A stretch of DNA of 64,000 nt, taken from positions 88,412,001 to 88,476,000 of the forward strand of contig NC_083277.1 of assembly GCF_963506605.1 (NCBI RefSeq). Reading direction: 5' to 3'. The notes beneath the pieces are model-generated. The model ran no database searches. It was not told the DNA's origin and saw only the letters and a list, made by a program, of their open reading frames with translations. The stretch's first letter is position 1. The number at the start of each line of letters is the position of its first letter. Shown one piece after another: positions 27,573 through 38,027 of this stretch. The stretch comes from Zootoca vivipara. Lineage: Eukaryota. The translations under genes and the position numbers were made by a program.

Positions 27573-28011
27573 TTGATGGCGGTGGCTCAGCCTTCAAGCA
27601 AGAAGAAGTACTTCTCCAAATAGTGCCTTGCTAAACTATGGAGTTTGGTACAAGATGTAAAGATGGGCACCCGCCTTAGGGTGGGGTTAGACAAATTCAT
27701 AAATGATAAGGCTGTCCACTCTGAAAGCCAGTTACTGGGGAACATGAGTGAAGAGAGTGCTGTGGTGCTCTTAAGCTATATACACATAGTATATTTAAAG
27801 CACCCCCCCAAAAAAGAAAGAATCCTGGGAACTATAGTTTAAGGTGCTGAGAACTGTAGTTCTGTGAGTGGCGATTGACAGTTCCCAGGATTCTTTGGGG
27901 TGAGTCATGTGATTTAAAAGCATAGTGTGTATGATATTCAGCCATATATTGCTTGTGGGCTCCCATAGGCACCTGGTTTACTGCTATGGGAAACATGATG
28001 TGGGTCTAGAT

Positions 28012-28147
28012 CAGGCATCCCCAAACTGCAGCCCTCCAGATGTTTTTGCCTACAGCTCCCATGATCCCTAGCTAACAGGACCAGTGGTCGGGGAAGATGG
28101 GAATTGTAGTCTAAAACATCTGGAGGGCCGAAGTCTGGGGATGCCTG
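28012..28147. mobile_element. 136-bp palindromic hAT MITE
   Basis: Same family as 3515. TSD GTCTAGAT/GTCTAGCT. Confidence 0.92.
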
Positions 28148-28650
28148 GTCTAGCTATACCTTTGGTTTGACTTAGCAGGGCCTGTTCTTATATTCTTACT
28201 GTTTGTTTCATTAAATTAGGGTAACTATAGTACACCCCCCCTCCGCCCACCTTACAGGACTGAGACTTCTTTTTTACAGCCACCTTTTTACAAAATAAAA
28301 CACAACTCCCCCCCCCAACATCTCCATTTGAATCCTGTGTTTAAATAGTTAAATCAAGAAATGCCTTGACACAATGCAGTTTCTGTCTCATGTGGTAACT
28401 TTTGAAGCCCATCCAATCATTTTTAGAGTTTTAGGAAATGTTTGTTAACTTAAAAGGTTTTTTTTCCTTTTTATAATACATCCTGATCTTGTTTCATCCT
28501 CATTAAAACTCTGTTAAGTAGTTTAGACTGTGACACAGAATGGCTCGTCTAAGGCCACCCAGTGAGCATTGTTTTCTCCCACGTCCAACCTCAACATATT
28601 ATTTTCTACATACTAGACACTGAGTGTAATGCTTTTTTTAAAAAATGGTT

Positions 28651-28783
28651 CATAGAATTGTAGAGTGCTAAGGGACCACGAGGGTCACCTGGTCCAGCCC
28701 CCTGCAATGCAGGAATCTTTTGCCCAACATGGGGCTCGAATCCACAGCCCTGAGATTAAGAGTCTCATGCTATGCTAACTAAG
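28651..28783 (-). mobile_element. Short tRNA-head/CR1-tail SINE (Squam2-like)
   Basis: The minus strand shows a tRNA-like head (CTCTTAATCTCAGGG...TTCGAGCCCC) and a CR1-type tail (...CTCTACAATTCTATG). Confidence 0.7.
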
Positions 28784-29328
28784 TTCTAACCAGGAATTCT
28801 GCTTGGGACTTAAGGGTAAAAGGAGAGTCTTATTTCAGTTCCCTCACCTGCTTTTCTTTTCTCCCACCCCAACCCCACTTCCCCAAACAAGGGGGATGCT
28901 CCCCCACCACTGCTAATGCTGTTGAGATTTACTTAAGCCACCACAAACAGGTATGGGAAGGTTTTCACCTAGCAAATGTTCAGTATCAGCAAGCGTTCCT
29001 GAAGCATTCCTTAAGTGCTCGAATGGAGAAAAAGGCCTCGAGTGTAAATAAGGAGAAACTAGTCTTTGAACCACGACAAAAGCAGGTGGGGCACGGTGGG
29101 AAATATATAGGGAGCTTCTGGGAATACCTTTTTGAGAGGGAGGCAGATTCAGAGGCCTGTTCTTAGGAGTTATTCAAGATTACATGACAAAACTCACTTA
29201 TTATAAGAACAGAGGTTTTGGCTGTCATTATCTATACCTCATATATAAACTATAGCAATGCTACACATGAAGGTCAAGACAGACAAAACATATAAGGGAG
29301 GGTGGAATTGTATGTTAAAAGACACATA

Positions 29329-29590
29329 CAGTCATACCTCGGTTTAAGTACGCCTCGGTTTGAGTATTTTCAGTTTAAGTACTCCGCGGACCTGTCTGGA
29401 ACGGATTAATCCACTTTCCATTACTTTCAATGGGAAAGTTCGCTTCAGGTTAAGTTCGCTTCAGTTTACGTACTCCACGGACCGTTTGGAACAGATTAAT
29501 CCACTTTCCATTACTTTCAATGAGAAAGTTTGCTTCAGGTTAAGTACAGACTTCCGGAACCAATTGTGTTTGTAAACCGAGGTACCACTG
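29329..29590. mobile_element. Tc1/mariner (Tigger-like) MITE with internal direct duplication
   Basis: TA|CAGTCATACCTCGG...CCGAGGTACCACTG|TA. Confidence 0.9.
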
Positions 29591-29763
29591 TATGTTAATT
29601 GGAGGCATATGAAGGGGAGAAACTGCTGTGGGGCTTAAACCTTCTTCTGCCTGCTAATTCCCCCCATATGCCCCCTCCCCCGCTCTTTTTAAACTGCGTT
29701 TCCCCCCATCCTCCCCATTTTGACTCTGAGATTAGTGGTAATCCCTGCCATGGGGGGAAATTA

Positions 29764-29820
29764 ATAGAATCATAGAGTTGGAAGAGACCACAAGGGCCAT
29801 CCAGTCCAACCCCCTGCCAA
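29764..29820 (-). mobile_element. CR1-type 3' tail fragment
   Basis: ATAGAATCATAGAGTTGGAAG...CCAACCCCCTG is the reverse complement of the CR1 3' end with its TTCTAT repeat. Confidence 0.75.
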
Positions 29821-30662
29821 ATTACCACTGCAGGCTAAGAAGGACCATGCAGAGGTGCTCACCCACATCCACCGATTTTACTCTATAAATGCTTTCCTAC
29901 CCTTTCCCAGTTTGTTTCAGTTGTCATTGGAATTGACGAGAAGAAGCACTGTTACTAGCTCTTCAGTCCCTGTTCCTTTAAAAGTACAGTATGGCCAAAG
30001 TTAAAGATTAGCTGTGGTGCAAAGCTTGAGAACAATAGCTTTCAGGAGACCACATTTAAGTCACCACTTGAGCACATCACCTTTGCTCACTGAGCTGAAG
30101 GGCTGTTTCTCTTTGGTCAAGTGCAGTAATGTTTGTAGCAATGGCCTGTGGAAGTGAAGAGGGTTTTACAAGCTGGGGCTGCAGTGTTTGTGCAAAGCAT
30201 ATGTAAATACGCAACTGTAATACATATAATTCTTCAATATATTTATTGATATGCTTTTTATAGGGTAGAAGCACACAAGTAAAATTCATTACTGGGCATC
30301 CATTTGCTCATAGATTCACAGTTAGACTGGATGGCCTTTGAGTCCTTTTTAACCCCTTGCTGTCAAGAAACTATTGTGTTGGTGTACACCAGTTCAGAAC
30401 TGTAAAGCAAGCTGGATTTGGGTAAATAATAATAATAATAAATTTTTATTTATACCCTGCGCTCCCCAGTCAAAACCAGGCTCAGGGTGGCTAACACCAA
30501 TAAAATTACAATAAGACATAAAAGAAAAGAAAACAATTAATTAAAATACAATATTAAAATTTAAAATGCAGCCTCATTTTAAGTAGTCCATAAATCCAAA
30601 CAATGAGGGAGGAAAACACAGGGGTCAGACTGAATCCAACCCAAAGGCCAGGTGGAACAGCT

Positions 30663-30981
30663 CTGAAGGAGCGTCTCCACCCCCATCGTTCTGCCCTGAC
30701 ACTGGGGTCCAGTACCGAGGGCCTTCTGGCGGTTTCCTCGTTGCGAGAAGCGAAGTTGCAGGGAACCAGGCAGAGGGCCTTCTTGGTGGTGGCACCCGCC
30801 CTGTGGAACGCCCTCCCATCAGATGTCAAAGAGAAAAACAGCTACCAGATTTTTAGAAGACATCTGAAGGCAGCCCTGTTTAGGGAGGCTTTTAATGTTT
30901 AATAGATTATTGTATTTCATTTTTCTGTTGTAAGCCGCCCAGAGTGGCTGGGGAAACCCAGCCAGATGGGCAGGGTATAAA
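30663..30981 (+). mobile_element. L2 3' fragment nested in the minus-strand L2
   Basis: LKERLHPHRS...LWNALP...AALFREAF and 3' UTR running into the gap where the tail is expected. Confidence 0.9.
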
Positions 30982-31123
30982 NNNNNNNNNNNNNNNNNNN
31001 NNNNNNNNNNNNNNNNNNNNNNNNNNNNNNNNNNNNNNNNNNNNNNNNNNNNNNNNNNNNNNNNNNNNNNNNNNNNNNNNNNNNNNNNNNNNNNNNNNNN
31101 NNNNNNNNNNNNNNNNNNNNNNN
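30982..31123. other. Assembly gap (N run)
   Basis: 142 N at the position of an L2 microsatellite tail. Confidence 1.
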
Positions 31124-31682
31124 AAAGATGACAAATCCCACAGGACCCTGGTCTCCTGTGAAAGAGCGTTCCACCAAGTTGGGGCCAATACTGAAAAGGC
31201 CCTGGCCCTACTTGAGGCCAATCTAGCCACTTTATGACTTGGGATCTCCAGAACATTGTTGTTTGTGGACCTTAAGGTCCTCCGCGGGGCATACCAGGAG
31301 AGTATTTCCAAATTTTCACAGGAAAATAAGACAAGAAAATTTAGCAGGTTTTTTTTTTTAAATAAGCTATTTAAACTTGAATGAACAGTGTGTGCTTGAC
31401 AATGAACCTTGTAATATTATTCATTTTTCTCTTTTCTGCTCAGTACTGTCTATTTCTGCTGCAGCAGCATTGTTTATACTTCCTATTGTAGGACATCCGC
31501 ATAACAAACCTCCACAGATCAAACCCACGCAAGCCAGATCACAGAGGGGCTACAGTTGGGGGAATGTTGCATTGCAGAATGGTGCCGATGGGGCAAATAG
31601 CTCCAGATGGTGCCAGCAATCCAAGCTGCATATTACAAGCACTTTTTCATCTCCCACTCTTGGTCGCCAAGTAGGCTAATCT

Positions 31683-31683
<1 letters not shown>

Positions 31684-31772
<89 letters not shown>
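31684..31772. repeat. (GT)n(GA)n compound microsatellite
   Basis: Direct observation. Confidence 0.95.
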
Positions 31773-31773
<1 letters not shown>

Positions 31774-32053
31774 ATTTGAAGACAATGGTCTTTTTCCACT
31801 GGTGTTCCCCAGCCACTGAGATTTGGAGACACACTGCCTTTAAACCTGGAAATAGCACACAGGCACTGTGACTAGTAGCCCAGCAATGAATCCGAATGTC
31901 AGTCATGCTCTTTGCATTTGAGAGAGAAGCTCTAGGTGTGGAGGTGACAGAGAGCCAGGCAGAGAGAGGTCTGTGTGTAGTGTGTGGGTATTTCGGAAGA
32001 GAGAGTGTGGGGTGGTTTTTGTGTATGTATGGTCTGCATGAGAAATAGATGTA

Positions 32054-32600
32054 CAGTGGTAACAGACCCAGGTGGCGCTGTGGTTAAACCACTGAGCCTA
32101 GGGCTTGCTGATCAGAAGGTCGGCGGTTCGAATCCCTGTGACGGGGTGAGCTCCCGTTGCTTGGTCCCAGCTCCTGCCAACCTAGCAGTTCGAAAGCATG
32201 TCAAAATGCAAGTAGATAAATAGGAACCGCTACAGCGGGAAGGTAAACGGCGTTTCCATGTGCTGCTCTGGTTTGCCAGAAGCGGCTTTGTTATGCTGGC
32301 CACATGACCTGGAAGCTATACGCCGGCTCCCTCGGCCAATAATGCGAGATGAGCGCCGCAACTCCAGAGTCGGTCACGACTGGACCTAATGGTCAGGGGT
32401 CCCTTTACCTTTACCTTTTACCTCGGTTTAAGTACACAATTGGTTCCGGAAGTCTGTACTTAACCTGGAGCATACTTAACCTGAAGCGAATTTTGCCATT
32501 GAAAGTAATGGAAAGTGGATTAATCCGTTCCAGACGGGTCTGCGGAGTACTTAAACTGAAAGTACTCAAACCAAAGCGTACTTAAACCGAGGTATGACTG
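32054..32600. mobile_element. Tc1/mariner MITE whose left TIR is split by a Sauria SINE
   Basis: TA|CAGTGGTA ...SINE... CCTCGGTTTAAG...CCGAGGTATGACTG|TA. Reverse-orientation relative of 29329. Confidence 0.85.
32065..32419 (+). mobile_element. Sauria SINE inserted in a MITE
   Basis: Family body and (ACCTTT)n tail. Confidence 0.92.
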
Positions 32601-33448
32601 TATATATGAAGTGCATATATGAATGAGAAAGAGATGCATGTTTGTGCATGTGCTATGTGAGGGAGAGAGTATGATGTGACCAACTGGCATATTTCCTCCC
32701 CTGCTCTCTGTTGGATTGTAACAACATAGTTGCATATGTGTGAAATCAGTGTTATGTGATCTCCAGGCAGGAACGGTGGTGGACTCCCCTTCACTGGAAG
32801 TTTATAAGCAGAAGTTGGCCTGGGACTTGCCTGTCCATTTCCAACAGCAAGGGTTGACAGGCTGGGCTCCCTCACCTGCTTGCTTGCTTACTCCAAGGCC
32901 ACCACAGCTCCTGCAAACCAGCACACCCTGGCCAGCCCCAGAGGCACCATTTGCCTGGGGAGCTTGTAACCAGGGCTGCTGCAATAAACAGCTGTGCAAG
33001 CCTTTGGGAGGCAGAGACACGAAAGGGCATCAGAGGAGGGAGGGAAGGAAAGAGGGACAGACGGCAGTGTTGCCCGTGGCACCCCTGACCATCATTCAAG
33101 GCACCCCAAGGTGCCACGGCACACTGGTTGAAAACCACTGATTTGACTTACAAAATGTTGATTAAGAACCCCCAGAACCATGCATATTTTACCTCACTAT
33201 GTGGTGACTTTGCCTTCTGAGTGATGTGTTCATAGTCAAGTTCCTATTTAGTCATTTTTGTTGTGTCATAAGTTGCTCTCTGTTTTGCCTTTGTCCTCCT
33301 GAAGTTCAGGAAGTTGAACATACCGGTACTTCATGCCATGGTGTGAGTGTAACATCAGTACCCAAACATAGCCCTTCTCAATGCATTCACTCTTTAGAAA
33401 TAAGATGCGTTGTATTTGAGAGGATATACTCCCGAGTATGTACTCCCC

Positions 33449-33802
33449 GGGACGCAGGTGGCGCTGTGGGTTAAACCACAGAGTCTAGGGCTTGCTGAGC
33501 AGAAGGTCGGCGGTTCGAATCCCTGTGACGGGGTGAGCTCCCATTGCTCGGTCCCAGCTCCTGCCAACCTAGCAGTTCGAAAGCACGTCAAAGTGCAAGT
33601 AGATAAATAGGTACCACTACAGCGGGAAGTTAAACGGCGTTTCCGTGTGCTGCTCTGGTTCGCCAGAAGCGGCTTTGTCATGCTGGCCACATGACCTGGA
33701 AGCTATACTCTGGCTCCCTCGGCCAATAACATGAGATGAGCGCCGCAAGCCCAGAGTCGGTCACGACGGGACCTAATGGTCAGGGGTCCCTTTACCTTTA
33801 CC
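33449..33802 (+). mobile_element. Sauria SINE, full length
   Basis: TSD TATGTACTCC. Confidence 0.93.
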
Positions 33803-36800
33803 TATGTACTCCTAGTTATTAACACCATGCTCAAAATTGAAACCCATGTTAAGATGCAAACTAGAGAAATAATGATAGGAACGAGGCAATTTGGTGCTTG
33901 GAGATTTTGCGGAATGCTAAAATAGAGCTTATATTGGAAATCTTCCCAAAGGTACATAAAAATAATTTCTATATTGAATTATGCATGTTTAATACTACTG
34001 ATTTTAACAGCTGCACTTTTGGTATTGATCCAGGACTAAATATAGCCAGTTCTAGCCATCATGTGAATTGTGCTTTAGAAAAACATTTCATAAGGATAGA
34101 TTGGGGGGGGGGGGAGAGTGAGGTCCTTAACTAGACAGAATACTCCCATAAACCATATTGTATATCCCTTTACTTGCTTCCCATATAATGTAACTTCTAA
34201 GGCCAGAGGATCAAGGTACCATAGGGCAGATGGCTAAATAAATTGGGTGGGTTTTTGTTTTGTTTTTACTATCTCTTAACATTTGAAATTCTGGTTTAAA
34301 ATAAACTGGTTTAAAAGGAAACCTTAATTTAATAGAAGGGTATAAAGGCCTATATACACAATATCTTAAACTAAAACATGAACATCTATCAAACAGCTGC
34401 TGTCACATAGAAAAAAAGAGAAACATGGGGAGGGGTGTCGTGGGGGGTGGTGATGACCTTCTGAGGTTAGTGGTACAGTGCTTTAAATATTTATTCAGAA
34501 TTAGTCCCACTTAGTGCAGTCAAGTAGGTGGGTATGGGATTGCAACTAGGCTGAGCAATGGATTCTTGGCCACACATAACATGCTCTTTGCCAGGGTATG
34601 TACTCCCCCCGCCCTCCCAAGCTTTCTGTGGTTGTAGGTGCTGTCTAGCTGGCTGGTTTCCCTCTGGACCTGGCAGAGGGGTATTTAATCTACTTCCAAT
34701 AGCCGCTCAGCCAGCCTTTGGCTGACTTCAGGATGAGCTGCTTTCAGCATTGTATTCTTTATTTATTTGTTGTATTTACAACCTGCTCTTCCTCCCAAAA
34801 GAGCCTAGGGCAGCATAATACTTAGTTTATACAGTAACAGCACAGTTCTATATATGTGCACTCAGTAGTAAGTCCCACTTGTTTAGGGCTTACTCCCATG
34901 TGAAGACTTAGTCATGAATTGTCTCCATTGCTGTGGGCTTCCTCCCAGGCACTTCAGCAGAAGCATGAGTATACCATGCCAGGATACTCTACTGAGCCCA
35001 TGTAGATGGATCTTGCACTATTTTATGCCTTCCAATTACCTGAGCTCTGCAGTGCATTCAGTTGCAAATTATAAATTCTTATGAGTTAATATTATGAGCT
35101 GCTCCAATAGTCTTCAGACTGACAGAAGCAGAGAAAAATACTTGTAATAAATAAGTATGACTCTACCAACTGAACACCAGAGATACTAGCATTCCATTTT
35201 ATAGAGGTACCATATTTTTTCCCTAGTAACCATCAGCTCGTGCCTCTGAAAAATCCTAGACTTAGCTGCATTCGGTGTATGGTTACTCAGAAGTAAATTC
35301 CATTTTGGTAAATAGGACGTACTTACAAATAAGAGTGCATAGGATCAGTGACGTTGGGCAGAAGATTTGCCAAGATGGGATATTTTTTCTAGTGCTTTAT
35401 TGTTCCATGGAAAATTTTCTGTTTCATAAGTTCGTTAGTAACAAATGATTGAATGCCCTTTGCAAATACAAAATTAGGCAAGCTTGGCAGTTTCGAACGT
35501 GCAATTAATGTTTTTCAGCCAGTTCTCCCAAGCATTGCCTTTAATTATTTACAAGTACTACAAAAACAGTTTTACATGGTATAATATTCAAATAATATTA
35601 AACTTGCTTTAATTTCCCCTGTCAAATATTCCAGGTGTACTGGGACAAAATGTTAACATGGGGTACTTTTAAAGCTTTGTTTACAAATCACCAGTAAAAG
35701 AAACATACTAAATTACATCACACTTTCTAGCGCATCTGGAGATTTTCCAATGCAATTCACATTAGCCTAATTTGTATAGGATCACCCCCCCCCCCGCAAA
35801 AACCCATCAGATTGCTGCATAGGATTGCAGGCCCTTCAGCCTTCAAAGTTGTGATGTTGCTTAATGATATCCTTGCATATATACAGAAGGAGCCACGCAG
35901 AAATTTGTCTCTTATCCCTAAGCAGTTATCATTCTGCAGTTCATGTGAGCTGCATTATGCTCCTAGCTTGTATAACCATCATATTCAGATGCAAACCAAA
36001 ATGTTTTTATGTGTTAAAAGAATCCACCAATAATGCAAATTTCTGCAGGAAATACATGAGTTCCAAAATGGGAAACTTGATTTAAAGCTGTTATCTAAAT
36101 TAGCCCTCGTGTGTGATTTTAAATCTGGAATTTAAAAACAATCCGCAGGGAAAGATCAAAGAAATGAAATACGGCTTTTAATATTTTCAGGAGGTGCCCT
36201 CTGAAATTTATTCAGCTGATATAGTAAGTTTTGGTATAGCTGGGCAGTGTGTTAACCTTGTTCAAAAATGGGAGGCTGGTGGCATATCTAGGAGTTCTGT
36301 TTTTAGTACAGCTGTTGATTCCCACTTCAATATGGTACAATATGTCCTTTCTTCTGGCAGATCAAGCAGAGCAGATAACAGCAAAGGTTGCTAGGTTCTT
36401 AGCTGGGGCAATCAGAATAAGGTCCATTATCTGACTGTTAGCTCAGGACCCCAAACTGTGCTTTTAAATTTAATTTTCACTTTTTTCTGTGTATATTGTT
36501 ATGTTCCCTTGTTGCTATGGCCATTGGCTGAGGCGAATAAAGTTTCTATTCTATGGTACAAAAAGAAGTAACATCCATTAGCACACCTCTGCCTTATGGG
36601 TCAGTAGCTGCAAAATCAGAGTGAAGGGTGAAGTGTAACATGGAGTTTAAAGTATTATTTTTCTCTACCAAATCAATGGACAGATGTAAGTAAGGCAGTG
36701 ACTAGAAACTACCATACTTTTGACATGGTTTGTTCATGATTCCTATCATTGCTAAATAAAAAAATTCCTTCAGTAGCACCTTAAAGACCAACTAAGTTTA

Positions 36801-36807
36801 TATTTTG

Positions 36808-36845
36808 GTATGAGCTTTCGTGTGCATGCACACTTCTTCAGATAC
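36808..36845 (-). ncRNA. Minimal type I hammerhead ribozyme motif (intact core)
   Basis: Minus strand reads GUAU-CUGAAGA-A-GUGUG CAUG CACAC-GAAA-GC-UC^AUAC: stem I GUAU/AUAC, conserved core, palindromic AGCU stem III. Confidence 0.8.
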
Positions 36846-37028
36846 ACTAGAAACAGAAGTGTCAGACCCTATATATATATACAGAGGGTGGTGGGGGTGG
36901 GTGGAAATGGGAGATGGGCTGATGGGAGTGGTAAACCTGTAGATGGGTGTTAATGGCTGCTGATGGCTGCAATTAGTCCTGGGCTGAGGTGCTAAAGAAA
37001 GCTAGGGTCTGACACTTCTGTTTCTAGT

Positions 37029-37066
37029 GTATCTGAAGAAGTGTGCATGCACATGAAAGCTCATAC
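37029..37066 (+). ncRNA. Minimal type I hammerhead ribozyme motif (sense to GAS7)
   Basis: GUAU-CUGAAGA-A-GUGUGCAUGCACAU-GAAA-GC-UC^AUAC. CpG decay turns the stem II closing pair into G-U. Confidence 0.75.
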
Positions 37067-37198
37067 CAAAATATAAACTTAGTTGGTCTTTAAGGTGCTA
37101 CTGAAGGAATTTTTTTATTTTGCTTCGACTCAGACCAACACGGCTACCTACCTGTAACTAGTCCTATCATTGCTGTACCTCTTCAAATTACTTACCAG

Positions 37199-37312
37199 GG
37201 GCAGTTTCCAGAGGGGCAATCTGTTACAGCAAAAACAACAGTCTTAAGATGGAGCAAATTTATTGTGCCATACACTTTTTGCCAACTGCAGTCCACTTCA
37301 CTAGAGGTATAA
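37199..37312 (-). mobile_element. Older degenerate PLE-like terminal remnant
   Basis: Same layout as the PLE left arm (...cttaaga...aaatttattgtgccatacacttt...gtccacttcactaga) but heavily mutated. Confidence 0.4.
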
Positions 37313-37369
37313 CGTATCATCCTACATTCTAGAGGGTCTGTCTGAGGTCAGTAGATTTGTGTCATCTTA

Positions 37370-38027
37370 CAGGGTTTGCCGATCGGAAGGTTGGTGGTTT
37401 GAATCCCCGCGACGGGGTGAGTTCCCGTTGTTCGGTCCCAGCTCCTGCCAACCTAGCAGTTCGAAAGCACACAGTTCAAGTAGATACAGTGGTACCTCGG
37501 TTTATGAACACAATTGGTTCCGGAAGTCTGTTCATAAACTGAAGTGTTCATAAACTGAAGCAAACTTTCCCATTGAAAGTAATGGAAAGTGGATTAATCT
37601 GTTCCAGACGGGTCTGCGGAGTACTCACCCTGAAGCGTACTTAACCCGAAGCATGGGTGTATTTGGTTCCGTAAGTCTGTTCATAAACTGAAGCGTTCAT
37701 AAACTGAAGCGAACTTTCTCATTGAAAGTAATGGAAAGTGAATTAATCCGTTCCAGATGGGTCCGTGGCGTTCGTAAACTGAAAATTCATAAACCGAGGT
37801 GTTCGTAAACCGAGGTTCCACTGTAAATAGGTACCACTCCAGCGGGAAGGTAAACGGCGTTTCCGTGTGCTGCTCTGGTTCGCCAGAAGCAGCTTAGTCA
37901 TGCTGGCCACATGGCCCAGAAAAACTGTCTGCGGACAAACAGCTCCCTCGGCCAATAAAGCGAGATGAGTGCTGCAACCTCAGAGTCGCCTGTGATTGGA
38001 CTTAACTGTCAGGGGTCCTTAACCTTT
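37370..38027 (+). mobile_element. Sauria SINE interrupted by a Tc1/mariner MITE
   Basis: The conserved CAAGTAGATAAATAGG segment is split at TA by the MITE. Confidence 0.9.
37487..37823. mobile_element. Tc1/mariner (Tigger-like) MITE inside a Sauria SINE
   Basis: TA|CAGTGGTACCTCGG...CCGAGGTTCCACTG|TA. The TA duplication is shown by comparison with uninterrupted SINE copies. Confidence 0.93.

Larger units (their letters stand above)
30424..31302 (-). mobile_element. L2 of a second subfamily, interrupted by a + strand L2 and a gap
   Basis: (AAT)n tail at 30424. The minus ORF after the gap encodes YAPRRTLRS...RAFSVLAPTWWNAL. Confidence 0.75.
36754..37161. mobile_element. Penelope-like element (PLE) terminal remnant in inverted-repeat configuration
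   Basis: 118-bp arms at 36754-36871 and 37003-37120, a 41-nt 3' extension ending CCTGTAACTAG, 13-bp TSD TCCTATCATTGCT, and a hammerhead motif in each arm. Confidence 0.85.

Noticed and set aside
27076-27623. ORFs containing X runs (also 30819-31311)
   Set aside because: Artefacts of translating through assembly gaps.
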